This document shows, piece by piece, positions 42,501-55,534 of a stretch of 64,000 nucleotides of DNA (positions within the stretch are counted from its first letter, which is position 1; every line of letters starts with the position of its first letter). The translations under genes were made by a program, and so were the position numbers. Source of the DNA: Mytilus californianus. Taxonomy: Eukaryota. Below the pieces are notes generated by a model, which saw nothing but the letters and a program-made list of their open reading frames with translations, had not been told where the DNA came from and made no database searches. The stretch covers positions 61,318,001-61,382,000 of the forward strand of contig NW_026262582.1 of assembly GCF_021869535.1 (NCBI RefSeq), written 5' to 3'.

Positions 42501-42621
42501 TTTCGTGACTTTTTGCAACAATTGTTGCTACACAATTCAACTAAAATCTTAATAGATGAACAGTCATAAAACATGAAAATGGATTCCTTATCTATTAAAA
42601 AATGTAAATGACAGTTCATGA

Positions 42622-44675
42622 CATATGCGTCCGAAGCGTTTTTCTGAATATAATATTACTATTAACGGTCAAAGCCTAATATTTAAATGAAATGTATAAG
42701 GACCGGAAAACATTAAGAGCGGCATATCCTAAAGGGATAAAAAAATATACAAATCGATCTACATGATCTAAAGTCAACTTTATATAAACGAGTAATAACC
42801 TTAGTCTCTTAATAATTTCTAAATTAATAAACGGACAATTTCAGATTGCACCTGTGCTAGTTCCAAATTCACTTATAATCCGGCTGGCCACGTTATTACC
42901 GGAGACCTCAACATTGTCAATAACACTTCCCTTCGAAATTTGTTATCCAAAGGTCAGAAATATCGTGAGCCTAAATCCATCAATTGGAAACGCAACTTCA
43001 AAATACTGATGGATTCAGTCGAGGATGATGCCAGGCAATGGGCTAAACACAAGAAAGAAGACGTAGATACTCATTCCGAATGGATTAAGGCTGTGAGGTC
43101 GATGATACAAATCCGAATTAAGAAACTAAATGGGTCTATCAATACCCACGCTACGTCAATTTTTTAAGACCCAAATGTTGCAAAACACTTGTCCAACCTC
43201 CATGACAAATATGTTGTTCTCCCCGCAGATAAAGCCCCGAACAACATCGTTTTTTGTGTAAATATCATTACATAAACTGCTTGATAAATAAATTAGGTAT
43301 TGACAATTCATTTGGAAACTCAACATATACCCTCACGACACTTACCAAAGAGGATATCCTGGATAATCATAGGTCTGTTCTATGTTCCTTTGGAATTTCA
43401 ACCAAAGATGAAGACCTGGATCTTCCATCACTGTATTGGATACCTAAACTACATAAGTGTCCTTACAAACAACGGTATATTGCTGGGTCTTTCAAGTGCT
43501 CCACGAAACTCTTTCTAAATTATCAACATCTATTTTATCAGCAATCAAAGCCGGGCTCCAAAGTTATTGTGAAACTGCCTATTCTAGAGGTAGCGCGAAT
43601 CAGATGGATACTAAAAAATTTTAAGATCTTTTAGAGTACATACAATCTAAGGTAAATCCTACTGTATACAGAATCACTCTGATTCAAACAAAAAATTCTC
43701 TGAAACTGACATTCATTGTCAAGATGCTTGATTTCTTGATTGACAACATATTTGTTACGAGGACGTGTTTTTCAACAGACTGTCATAATTATTAAGAGGC
43801 TGACTTCTTACAGGAACTTCTTAGGAAGAAAGATAAGCAGTTAGCAATATCCTTTAACTTTACGTTCCGCTATAAAGATGATGTTCTCTCACTAAATAAA
43901 ATTTGGTGCCTATGTTGAACGAATCTATCCCATCGAACAGTTAAGTCTGCCTCATATCTTGACTTACATCTAGAAATTGGCAATGAGGGTCGGTTGAAAA
44001 CAAAACTTTACGACAAAAGAGATGATTTCAGCTTCCCAATTTTGAACATTCCATTTCTCTGTAGCAACATTCCTACAAACGGAGTATATATCTCCCAATT
44101 GATACGATATTCCCGGGCTTGTATTTCCTATCATGATTTCCTTGATAGAGGATTGCTGCTCACAAGGAAGCTATTAAACCAAGGGTTCCAAATGGTGAAG
44201 TTGAAATCATCCCTTCGTAAATTTTACGGACGCCATTACGAGTTGGTTGACCGTTATGGAATAACAGTTTCACAGATGATATCGGATATGTTCCTTATGT
44301 CGTAACTACAATACCTTTCCCTTTTCACGAATGTGACCTACCGAATAAGACTAATTACCGGATTTGTAATAACAAAAGCAACACGACGGGTGCCACATGT
44401 AGAGCAGGATCTGATTACCCTTCCGGAGCACCTGAGATCAACCCCAGTTTTTGGTGGGGTTCGTATTGCTTAGTCTATAGTTTTCTATGTTGTGTCATCT
44501 GTACTATTATTTGTCTGTTTGTCTTTTAATTTTTGGCCATGGCGTTGTCAGTTTGTTTTCGATCTATGAGTTTGACTGTCCCTCTGGTATCTTTTGTCCC
44601 TCTTTCAGAAAGATACATGTACGTTATAAATCATGTCAGTAACGAAGCACTGACTACTTAGCTGATGATACCTAC
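42622..44675 (-). mobile_element. Family B retrozyme remnant on the minus strand, split by the Naiad at 42846-44602
   Basis: 42622-42838 and 44610-44675 join into the reverse complement of 37260-37521. Confidence 0.68.
42846..44602 (+). mobile_element. 5'-truncated Naiad (family 3), from CxC linker to 3' tail, frameshifted, with a 7-bp flanking direct repeat
   Basis: DCTCASSKFTYNPAGHVITGDL (CxC), KGQKYREP, YWIPKLHKCPYKQRYIAGS, RYKDD and KLYDKRDDF..LRKFYGRH. TTTCAGA occurs at 42839-42845 and 44603-44609. Confidence 0.88.
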
Positions 44676-45322
44676 AGAGATTAAAGGGGCATTAGCTGTT
44701 AAATTCGTGGTCACCGATTCGACTCAAAAAATCATATTTTATTTATAACATACTAAAACATCTATCCAAATTACAAAAAATCCTAAAGAAACAATTTGCG
44801 ATGCATGGACTAGTTATATTGAATGAAATTGATAAAGTGTTGTTTTCTTTTTTTACAGCAGTGGGTCGATACCGCTTACATTAACATTAATAACCTTTAA
44901 TGGACAATCATTCATTACACAAATATACCAATTAGTATCTCAATATCTACTGAGATTATAAGAGAATTTGTCATTGTTTATTATTTTAAATGTTTTTATA
45001 AGATTCAACAAACAAGCAGATTTCTTAATATATATTTATTAATTTTAAGCATTAACAATTTATCTGCTCAGCTTAAATTCTTTCAACAACGAATGATGTC
45101 ATGTTGTTCAGGTATGTCTCGATGAATTTCTGAGGTATGTAGAAAATAGCTAGGCTGGTCCTCCATCGAAATTTGAATTTTAAAACACTGCACTGTTTGT
45201 ACAAGACCATGGTCTTGTTGTTGTCCTTCTCTTTGTTTTCGTTTTTGTTTCACAATATCTCATCACGATAAGGGAAACAGCATCCTTGCATCAAAAGTAC
45301 CACTAGATATAAATTGAATTCA

Positions 45323-46738
45323 TCAACAGTCAATATCCACACTTTCATTGCTGGATTGAGAATATATGCGTCCAGATATATCTTGTGAATCTGTCGTATC
45401 TGTACTTGACACTGAACTCATTCGTAGATCGCCTTTAAAATATGGTACTGATAGTAACTTATTCGTCTTTACCGACCTTTTGTTATGTGTTCTCATATGA
45501 CGTGTAACCATATCGCGTCTGCAAGCAGCATACGGACACTGAGGACATCGATATGGCTTTTCACCGGTATGGGTGCGTTTATGTGTGTTTAAATGGTCAC
45601 TACGGCTAAACACTTGTCCACAATCACTACATTCATATGGTTTAATGCCTGTGTGCAATCTCATGTGACGAGTCAACATATCGCTACGAGAAAAAGATCT
45701 ATTGCAAACTTTACATAAGTGTAGTTTTTTATTTTCACCGTGTAAGATAGTTTCTGTTGGTAAGTGTTTTGCCATGTGTTTTGCTAAGTTATCAAATGAA
45801 AGAAACATTTGATTACACACTGGACATTTGTAAGCATCAGAGTCGGACAAAGCTCTACGCTGATCACGATTTTGTTTTAAAGTTGAGAATTTGGACGTTA
45901 TCTGAGATAACGGCATACTGATATTCTCATTAGGAAAACATCCAAGTGGAGACATTGCCATTTGATTCAGTTCTGACATTGAGTTATATATCCTTGCTCT
46001 CGGCGGAAATTCAAAATGAATTCCAGGTGACATACCAGGACTAGGTGTATATAACTCTGGGTCTGAAATGAAACCCGTAAAAGGGGAAGACTTATTGAAG
46101 TCGAAAAAAAAATGGCATCCTTCTTGAACTGAGCAAAACGGTATTGACTTTGCAGACAACATAAACTGTGGTGAAAGAAAACCTGGCAAATGATGATGCA
46201 TATTCGAATGTTGTGGTTTTGTATTTTGAAGTCCATGTCTTTCTTGTTCTGTAGTGCCGATCGCAATTTTCGACCCAAAATATTTCTGAGAAGCAGGACA
46301 TTCAAACTGATGAACTGGTTTTTTAGTAGTTGTATGTTCAGATCCTAAACATTTGGTAGTTATTGGCTGTACTTGCTGTGTGAATGACATCTTTGAAAAT
46401 TCTGGAGAACCTTGTGGTGACCGTTTTTGTGTCTGAACTTTTAATGCAGACTCCATAAATACATCACTGTCTTCTATTGCATTTGTTGATGTTGATTCAG
46501 ATTGTAAAGATCTTGACTTACTTGGTGAATGCCCTGGAAAATCCGCAATATTACGTTCCTCAAATGGTGAGTTTGAAGGAGACAGAGCAGTTTCCGTCAG
46601 GTCAAAAGTTGAACCTGAGGATGAAGAGCCACTACGTCTCTGGATTAAGTATCGATGTTGAAAGTTTTTCTTTATATTTCCTGGAAACAATGCCCGTTTA
46701 TTAGACAACGCTACCTCTGCGAGTTCCTCGTTGGCCAT
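45323..46738 (-). CDS. klu: Klumpfuss/WT1/EGR-like C2H2 zinc-finger transcription factor, 471 aa, single coding exon
   Basis: The 485-codon ORF track entry starts at TTG; the first in-frame ATG is 46738 (GTTATGG, good Kozak context). There are four C2H2 fingers: [57 protein letters not shown] and TGEKPY-CPQCPYAACRRDMVTRHMRTH. The last three match the finger array I recall for Drosophila Klumpfuss. A candidate splice acceptor (ctctttcag|) puts the exon start at 46854. Confidence 0.9.
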   Translation of the reverse strand: MANEELAEVALSNKRALFPGNIKKNFQHRYLIQRRSGSSSSGSTFDLTETALSPSNSPFEERNIADFPGHSPSKSRSLQSESTSTNAIEDSDVFMESALKVQTQKRSPQGSPEFSKMSFTQQVQPITTKCLGSEHTTTKKPVHQFECPASQKYFGSKIAIGTTEQERHGLQNTKPQHSNMHHHLPGFLSPQFMLSAKSIPFCSVQEGCHFFFDFNKSSPFTGFISDPELYTPSPGMSPGIHFEFPPRARIYNSMSELNQMAMSPLGCFPNENISMPLSQITSKFSTLKQNRDQRRALSDSDAYKCPVCNQMFLSFDNLAKHMAKHLPTETILHGENKKLHLCKVCNRSFSRSDMLTRHMRLHTGIKPYECSDCGQVFSRSDHLNTHKRTHTGEKPYRCPQCPYAACRRDMVTRHMRTHNKRSVKTNKLLSVPYFKGDLRMSSVSSTDTTDSQDISGRIYSQSSNESVDIDC

Positions 46739-49341
46739 AACGTCTTTATAAACGTGTTGATCGAAGTGCTCTTGTACCAAGATTCTTGGATTGACTGATA
46801 AGTATAATTGTTTCGCCTCTTTTTATTCAACAAGGTGATAATTGACCGGCATCTCTGAAAGAGTGTGAATAACTTTGATGTCATATCCAAATCTTCTTGT
46901 GTATGATATAAAATGTTAGGTGAACTTTGAAAACTGCATGGAATTAAAAGATCTTTGTACTCTCAAAGCTGTAGCATTCCCATAGTTTCTTTTATGTAAA
47001 CCAACTTATTTTCGAGTATACTTTATATCGCGTCTAATTTAATTTCGAGATTTCCTAATTGTCTGAATTTATTGATATAACGAAAAAAAGTTTTTAATAA
47101 TCGCAACGATTTATATTTGCTTCATCTTTTTAATTGCGAAAATAAATTGCTCGCGAAAATAAGTTAGTTGTAGAGAATATGTATAGCTTTTTGTTCAATT
47201 TAATTTATGATTACATTTATTAGACACACGATCATGCCAGACATCATCTGTTTCGTAAAATATTGAACATCTGGTCACTTAAGTCTCCGTTTATAATCTG
47301 CTTGACATCTTTCTGCTTGTCGAGATCACTAGTCAGTCTTTCTTTAACATTTGTATCAAACTGACCAACTAACTAAATTACGATATTTCATGGCGTCTGC
47401 TATTCAGCCTTTTTCATTTTTGTCAGTTAAACAAAAATCCCCTGTATTTCAAATTAAATCTTAACAAAACAAATAAAACGAATTTATAATTATGTAAATA
47501 CATTTAACTTATGTATATTAAGATGCAACATGTCAAATTGCACATGAATGTCGGTATTGCTATTAAATTTCGTGGTGTAAACACAACCATTTCTGTCACT
47601 TGGTTATCATAAACTTAAAACACGCATACTAATGTTCTTCCAGTGTATGTTTTTATATTTACTTTCATTATTTGAAAGAAAACCAAAGTCATAAAAAACC
47701 AGAATATTGTGGATTCATTTATTTTCGTGGGTACCAATTGGGTAAAACACATATTTTCGTTTATACTTAATTACGAGGTTTTGGCAAATTCTGCATACAA
47801 ACAACCTATAGAACATTTACAGTTCGTTGAACTTTTAAAATTCGTGGTTCACCATACCCACCGAAATCCACGAAAATCAGTTTCCAAAGAATAAACAATC
47901 AACCGTCTACAATGACCAAAACTATAGAAGAAAAAAAAACGACGAAACAAAAAACGATAACAAAACAAAATGCTTATAAGATTGAGAAAAACGATCCCTG
48001 AAAACAAACAGGGTAGATTTCATGTGCTCAAGCAGGTAGGCATATTTTGCTAAACTAGTGGCATCCGTATTACAGGCAGTATCTCAGCATTGACTAGTGA
48101 GTGGATGGAAGTATCGATTTATGAAAGTATATGCGACAGTTATGATAGCTATGAAAATTTTCACGAGTCTAAACTCGAATATCCGTTCTTCTATCTACTC
48201 GTCCTACCTGTTTGATACTCACTAACTCTGTTGAAACAAATAGTTAATATGATCAATTAATATGATTAATTGATTCATATTACTGATAAGTAGGATTATT
48301 TTATAATTAATCAATAAGATAGTGATTTCATTAAAAACAATATTCCATTATAGTTAGGCCGATCGTCCATCAGAACATAATCTTTGTTTTCATGCACAGC
48401 ACTTTCTGTACAAAACTATTTCATGTAGTTTCAGTGACACGCGTAGAAAAAATATAAGAAAGACATTGCTTATAATAACATGAGAAAAACAGATGATAAA
48501 ATTTGTAATTCTTTTTTTATTTCTATGAATGGTTGCATGGACATATTCAACATAAATAGTTATATACTCATTAATTGTAAAATTAAATTCTCAAAACTAT
48601 TTTTTTTACAATATTATTATAAAGGACGATTAAGTAGTAACTTAATGATATACGGAAAAGCACTTTTATTTATCCGGAAAATTGTAAATTGTAATTTATA
48701 CAAATGCTTATTCAAGAGGCATTCCTAAGCTTATTATTTATATTATTAAGGGTTTCAAAGGAGAAAGTCGTATCATTAAAAGATTTGTCGACAACTTTAC
48801 TGAAATAAAAAAAATAATATGTCAAACAAAAAAAAAAGATATAAGAAATTAACAGTTAACTGCTCTAATTAAATCATAATCTTTAACGTCTATTATTGTC
48901 AAAACATGAATAAGATTATGTACTTAATGTTTTAAGCGTAGCGAGTAGGTTACGTGCTATACCAGCTAATTATCGATACCAACAAATGGCTTGAAAATAC
49001 CAGATAAGATTCCAGGAAAAGAGAGACGCATTATACAAACGGGACATTCAAACTTATAGTCGAAAATAAACTGACAATGCCATTGCAAAAAAAAAGACCG
49101 AAAGAAAAACAACAGTATACACAACATAGAAAACTAAAGACGAACACCTTAAAAAACCGGGGGTTATCTCATGTGCTACGGCAGGGCAAGCCTGTGATAA
49201 AACAAAAGATCAAACAAATACAAAATCTTCTGAAATGATTTTAAGCACACCTGAGCACAACGAGTGTTCTTGAAAATAATTTTCATTAGGTAAGTTTGAG
49301 ACTAAAAGTTGTTTTAGGCCAATAGGATAAGACAACATTTT

Positions 49342-52300
49342 GTTTATATATTTGTTCAAAAGGCCAATATTTGAAAAAAACGGCAATGATTTATATAACT
49401 ATTAGCCTATATGGAAGCATGCCATTCCTTAGAACCGGAAAACTATCAGATAATTTTTGGGACGCCTGGTTTAAAATTTTGTTACTTAGTTTCCAAATCG
49501 AGATTTACCTACTCTGAGTACCATTATACATTTTAAATACTTTAAATACTATCTGAGGCAAAACTGTGTGCTGAAATAACGTACATATTTATAAATTTAC
49601 AACCCCGCACTTAAGTTTCAGAATTGAAGCATAATTATGTAGAGGAGTTTGAAAAAGGAAAAGTAGACATTAAGTAGGACAGCTAATATATTAATGTAAA
49701 AACATTTAACGTTATTAGGAAATAGAAACACATGTAAATGTTTATAAACAATCATCACAATCTCGGATGAGCTATACAAATTCCGATAATCACTTGCTTT
49801 TTAACGCCAGAAGTTATAAATACATAAAATTATACAATTATTTTTGTATTGGTGTTATATTACTATTTTTCGTAAAGAACTAACAATATGCAATTAATCT
49901 ACCGGAAGTTTCCTAAACTTCTGGTACCTATGAAACGGGGACCTCCACTGAGAAAGCTGTGTTAGCAGCATGTGCAATATTGTTGCTAAATATAATAAAA
50001 AGTTGATAGACAAAACACAAACTGTAATATGTCGACTAAAGGCCAATAAGGTGATAATCACATGGTTGTTTTATTAAGATTGTCTTCGTGTGAGAGAACA
50101 AAACAAAAACACTGAAAAGCAAAGGTTGTGAGAAATATTTCTATAACTTGATTACACCTCGGAATAAGTTCAATTACAATTGTCCTATTTCATTGTCTGA
50201 TGCCATAGGTTTAAACTTAATCAAACAAATTAAAATAGGGAACTGTGGTATGTTGTTCATCTTTTCGTTTGTAGTAACGAGTCGTTAGAATTTCGTAATC
50301 ATTCGATTAGAATAACCATATGATAAGTGTGCTGTTCAACTTGTAGTTAGTTTCAACATTGTGTTAAAAATGCTCAAATTGTCGTTAGATTAAATCCAAC
50401 TGAATAAAAAAGTATTAAAATTAATTAAACAATATGGCTACTGTAGCAATGCGACAAATTGGTTCCTGTTCGACGAATAAAAAGTTTTACATGCATTTAT
50501 CCTCTGGAATTGAATTACATCAATGATCAACAATTTAAAGATTGATAATTTGGAGAGTCGTTGAGTTTCTAAATGTTCTCGGTTGATAGTAATGTTTCTT
50601 TCGTGTTTTTCACATATTTAGTTTACTTCGAATGATATCCCACGTAACCAGTTCCAGTTATTTGACATTTTATCGCGTCTGGTTATCAGCCTTTTTCTTT
50701 TCAGTTTAAAACAAAATCCCTTATATTTCAAATTAAATCTTAACAAATAATAATGTAAATACATTTAACTTATGTATATTAAGTTGCAACATGTCAAATT
50801 GCACATGAATGTCGGTATTCCTATCAATTTTCGTGGTGTAAACACAACCATTTCTGTCACTTGGTTATCATAAACTTAAAACAAGCCTAATAATGTTATT
50901 CCAGTGTATGTTTCTAAATTTACTTTCATTATTTGAAAGAAAACATAAGTTTATATATTTGTTCAAAAGGCCAATATTTGAAAAAAACGGCAATGATTTA
51001 TATAACTATTAGCCTATATGGAAGCATGCCATTCCTTAGAACCGGAAAACTATCAGATAATTTTTGGGACGCCTGGTTTAAAATTTTGTTACTTAGTTTC
51101 CAAATCGAGATTTACCTACTCTGAGTACCATTATACATTTTAAATACTTTAAATACTATCTGAAGCAAAACTGTGTGCTGAAATAACGTACATATTTATA
51201 AATTTACAACCCCGCACTTAAGTTTCAGAATTGAAGCATAATTATGTAGAGGAGTTTGAAAAAGGAAAAGTAGACATTAAGTAGGACAGCTAATATATTA
51301 ATGTAAAAACATTTAACGTTATTAGGAAATAGAAACACATGTAAATGTTTATAAACAATCATCACAATCTCGGATGAGCTATACAAATTCCGATAATCAC
51401 TTGCTTTTTAACGCCAGAAGTTATAAATACATAAAATTATACAATTATTTTTGTATTGGTGTTATATTACTATTTTTCGTAAAGAACTAACAATATGCAA
51501 TTAATCTACCGGAAGTTTCCTAAACTTCTGGTACCTATGAAACGGGGACCTCCACTGAGAAAGCTGTGTTAGCAGCATGTGCAATATTGTTGCTAAATAT
51601 AATAAAAAGTTGATAGACAAAACACAAACTGTAATATGTCGACTAAAGGCCAATAAGGTGATAATCACATGGTTGTTTTATTAAGATTGTCTTCGTGTGA
51701 GAGAACAAAACAAAAACACTGAAAAGCAAAGGTTGTGAGAAATATTTCTATAACTTGATTACACCTCGGAATAAGTTCAATTACAATTGTCCTATTTCAT
51801 TGTCTGATGCCATAGGTTTAAACTTAATCAAACAAATTAAAATAGGGAATTGTGGTATGTTGTTCATCTTTTCGTTTGTAGTAACGAGTCGTTAGAATTT
51901 CGTAATCATTCGATTAGAATAACCATATGATAAGTGTGCTGTTCAACTTGTAGTTAGTTTCAACATTGTGTTAAAAATGCTCAAATTGTCGTTAGATTAA
52001 ATCCAACTGAATAAAAAAGTATTAAAATTAATTAAACAATATGGCTACTGTAGCAATGCGACAAATTGGTTCCTGTTCGACGAATAAAAAGTTTTACATG
52101 CATTTATCCTCTGGAATTGAATTACATCAATGATCAACAATTTAAAGATTGATAATTTGGAGAGTCGTTGAGTTTCTAAATGCTCTCGGTTGATAGTAAT
52201 GTTTCTTTCGTGTTTTTCACATATTTAGTTTACTTCGAATGATATCCCACGTAACCAGTTCCAGTTATTTGACATTTTATCGCGTCTGGTTATCAGCCTT

Positions 52301-52556
52301 TTTCTTTTCAGTTTAAAACAAAATCCCTTATATTTCAAATTAAATCTTAACAAATAATAATGTAAATACATTTAACTAATGTATATTAAGGTGCAACATG
52401 TCAAATTGCACATGAATGTCGGTATTCCTATCAATTTTCGTGGTGTAAACACAACCATTTCTGTCACTTGGTTATCATAAACTTAAAACAAGCCTAATAA
52501 TGTTATTCCAGTGTATGTTTCTAAATTTACTTTCATTATTTGAAAGAAAACATAAG
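49342..52556. repeat. Near-perfect 1607-bp tandem duplication
   Basis: Period 1607. Only five substitutions were seen by eye (49557, 50243, 50576, 50771, 50784). The junction has GT microhomology. Confidence 0.95.
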
Positions 52557-52573
52557 TCGAAAAAAAACCAGAA

Positions 52574-52782
52574 TATTGTGGATTCATTTATTTTCGTGGG
52601 TACCAATTTTCGTGAATTGGGTAAAACACATATTTTCGTTTATACTTAATTTCGAGGTTTTGGCAAATTCTGCATACAAACCTATAGATCATTTACATTT
52701 CGTTGAACATTTGAATTCGTGGTTCACCCTACACAACGAAATCCACGAAAATCAGTACACAAAGAATAAAAAATCAACAGTA
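52574..52782. mobile_element. MITE (TA(C/T)TGTGGATT-type TIR); paralog at 47705-47907, empty site near 40570
   Basis: tattgtggattcatt ... aaatcaacagta, with internal inverted ttttcgtg/cacgaaaa. Confidence 0.68.
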
Positions 52783-54631
52783 TACAATCACCAAAACTGT
52801 AGGGAAAAAAAACGACGAAATAAAAAACAATAACAAAACAAAATGCTTATAAGATTGAGAAATACGATCCCTGAAAACAAACAGGGTAGATTTCATGTGC
52901 TCAAGCAGGTAGGCATATCTTGCTAACTAGTGGCATCCGTATTACAGGCAGTATCTCAGCATTGACTAGTGAGTGGATGGAAGTATCGATTTATGAAAGT
53001 ATATGCGACAATTATGATAGCTATGAAAATTTTCACGAGTCTAAACTCGAATATCCGTTCTTCTATCTACTCGTCCTACCTGTTTGATACTCACTAACTC
53101 TGTTGAAACAAATAGTTAATATGATCAATTAATATGATTAATTGATTCATATTACTGATAAGTAGGATTAATTAATAATTAATCAATAAGATAGTGATTT
53201 CTTTAAAAACAATATTCCATTTTAGTTAGGCTGATCGTCCATCAGCACTTGAATCTTTGTTTTCATACACAGCACTTTCTGTACAAAACTATTTCATGCA
53301 GTTTCAGTGACACGCGTAGAAAAAAATATAAGAAAGACATTGCTTATAATAACAAGAGAAAAACAGATGATAAAATTTGTAATTCTTTTTTTATTTCTAT
53401 GCATGGTTGCATGGATATAGTCAAAGTAAATAGTTATATACTCATTAATTGTAAAACCAAATTCTCAAAACTATTTTTTTACAATATTATTATAAAGGAC
53501 GATTAAGTAGTAACTTAATGATATACAGAAAAGCACTTTTATTTATCCGGAAAATTGTAAATTATAATTTATACAAATGCTTATTCAAGAGGCATTCCTA
53601 AGCCTATTATTTATTCTATTAAGGGTTTCAAAGGAGAAAGGTGTATCATTAAAAGATTTGTAGACAACTTTAATGAAATAAAAAAAATAATATGTTTAAC
53701 AAAAAGAAAGATATAAGAAATTACAGTTAACTGCTCTAATTAAATCATAATCTTTAACGTCTATTATTGTCAAAACATGAATAAGAATATGTACTTAATG
53801 TTTTAAGCGTAGCAAGTAGGTTACGAGCTATACCAGCTAATTATCGATACCAACAAATGGCTTGAAAATACCCAGATACATTCCAGGAAAAGAGAGACGC
53901 AATATACAAACGGGACATTCAAACTCATAGCCGAAAATAAACTGACAATGTCATTGCAAAAATAAAAGTCCAAAAGAAAAACAAAAAATATACACAACAT
54001 ATAAAACTAAAGACGAACCCCTTCAAAAACCGGGGGTTGTCTCAGGTGCTCCGGCAGGGCAAGCCTGTGATAAAACAAAAGATCAAACAAAAATAAACTT
54101 CTGAAATGATTTTGAGCACACCTGCGCACAACGCGTGTTCTTGAAAATAATTTTCAATAGGTAAGTTTGAGACTAACAGTTGTTTTAGGCCAATAGGATA
54201 AGACAACATTTTGTTTATATATTTGTAAAAAAGGCCAATATTTGAAGTAAAACGTCAATGATTTAATATATTATTATTAGCTTATATGGAAGCATGACAT
54301 TCCTTAGAACAAGGAAACTATCAGATAATTTTTCGGACGCCTGACTTAAAATAGAAATTTACCTACTCTGAGTACCATTATACATTTTAAATACTTTAAA
54401 TACTATCTGAGGCAAAACTTTGTGCTGGAATAACGTACATATTTATAAATTTACAACCCGCACTTGAGTTGCAGAATTGAAGCATAATTATATAGAGGAG
54501 TTTGAAAAAGGAAAAGTAGACTTTAAGTAGGACAGCTGATATATAAATGTAGAAACATTTAACGTTATTAGGAAATAGAAACACATGTAATTGATTATAA
54601 ACAATCATCACAATCTCGAATGAGCTATAAA

Positions 54632-54863
54632 AGAGGGACGAAATATACCAGAGGGACAGTCAAACTCATAGATCGAAAACAAACTGACAACGGCATGGCC
54701 AAAAATAAAAAGATAAACAGACAAATAATAGTACAGATGACACAACATAGAAACTAAAGACTTAGTAACAAGAACCCCATCAAAAACGGGGGGAGATCTC
54801 AGGTGCACCGGAAGGGTAAGCAGATCTTGCTCCACATGTGGCACCCGTCGTGTTACTAAGAGT
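54632..54863 (-). mobile_element. Solo Naiad family 3 3' tail (SINE-like) with a 9-bp imperfect target-site duplication
   Basis: Reverse complement of about 44378-44602. Flanks are agctataaa (54623-54631) and aggtataaa (54864-54872). The paralogous sites near 49775 and 51380 are empty. Confidence 0.88.
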
Positions 54864-55534
54864 AGGTATAAACATTCGATAATCACTTGCTTTGTAACGC
54901 CAGAAGTATTAAATACATAAAATTATGCAATTATTTTTGTATTGGTGGTATATTAATATTTTTTGTAAAGGATTCACAATATGCAATTAATCTACCGGAA
55001 ATTTCCATAAACTTCTGGTACCTATAAAACGGGGACCTCCACTGAGAAAGCTGTGTTAGCAGCATGTGCAATATTGTTGCTTAATAAAATAAAAAGTTGA
55101 TAGACAAAACACAAACTGTAATATGTTGATTAAAGGTCAATCAGGTGATAACCACATGGTTGTTTTTTTCATAAGATTGTCTTCATGTGAGAGAAAAAAA
55201 CAAAAACACTGAAAAGGAAAAGTTGTGAGAAACATTTCTATAACTTGATTACCCCTCGGAATAAGTTCAATTACAATGTCCTATTTCATTGCCTGATGCC
55301 ATAGGTTTAAACTTAATGTATGTTTAATGGTATGTTGTTCATCTTTTCGTTAGTAGTAAAGAGTCGTTAGAATTTCGTAATCATTCGATTAGAATAACCA
55401 TATAATAAGTGTGGTGTTCAACCTGCCCAAATAAGTGGTGCTATATGTTAGAGTTAAGACATGTCATCTCTGAGTCAGAATAATGTGTCCCGTTAGGGTT
55501 ATATGTTACCTTGTGCAAGCTTTTATCCGACTCT

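Larger units (their letters stand above)
47390..55425. repeat. Older tandem repeat of about 3.3 kb (47390-50670 and 52280-55425) enclosing the 1607-bp duplication
   Basis: Colinear 47400-49345 vs 52290-54210 and 49345-50340 vs 54210-55420. A diverged partial copy lies at 40265-41030. Confidence 0.85.

Noticed and set aside
45967-46704. Alternative-frame and antisense ORFs over klu (and 38699-38929, 39091-39354 over the pseudogene)
   Set aside because: These are shadows of the klu coding sequence and are not frame-conserved between the paralogs.
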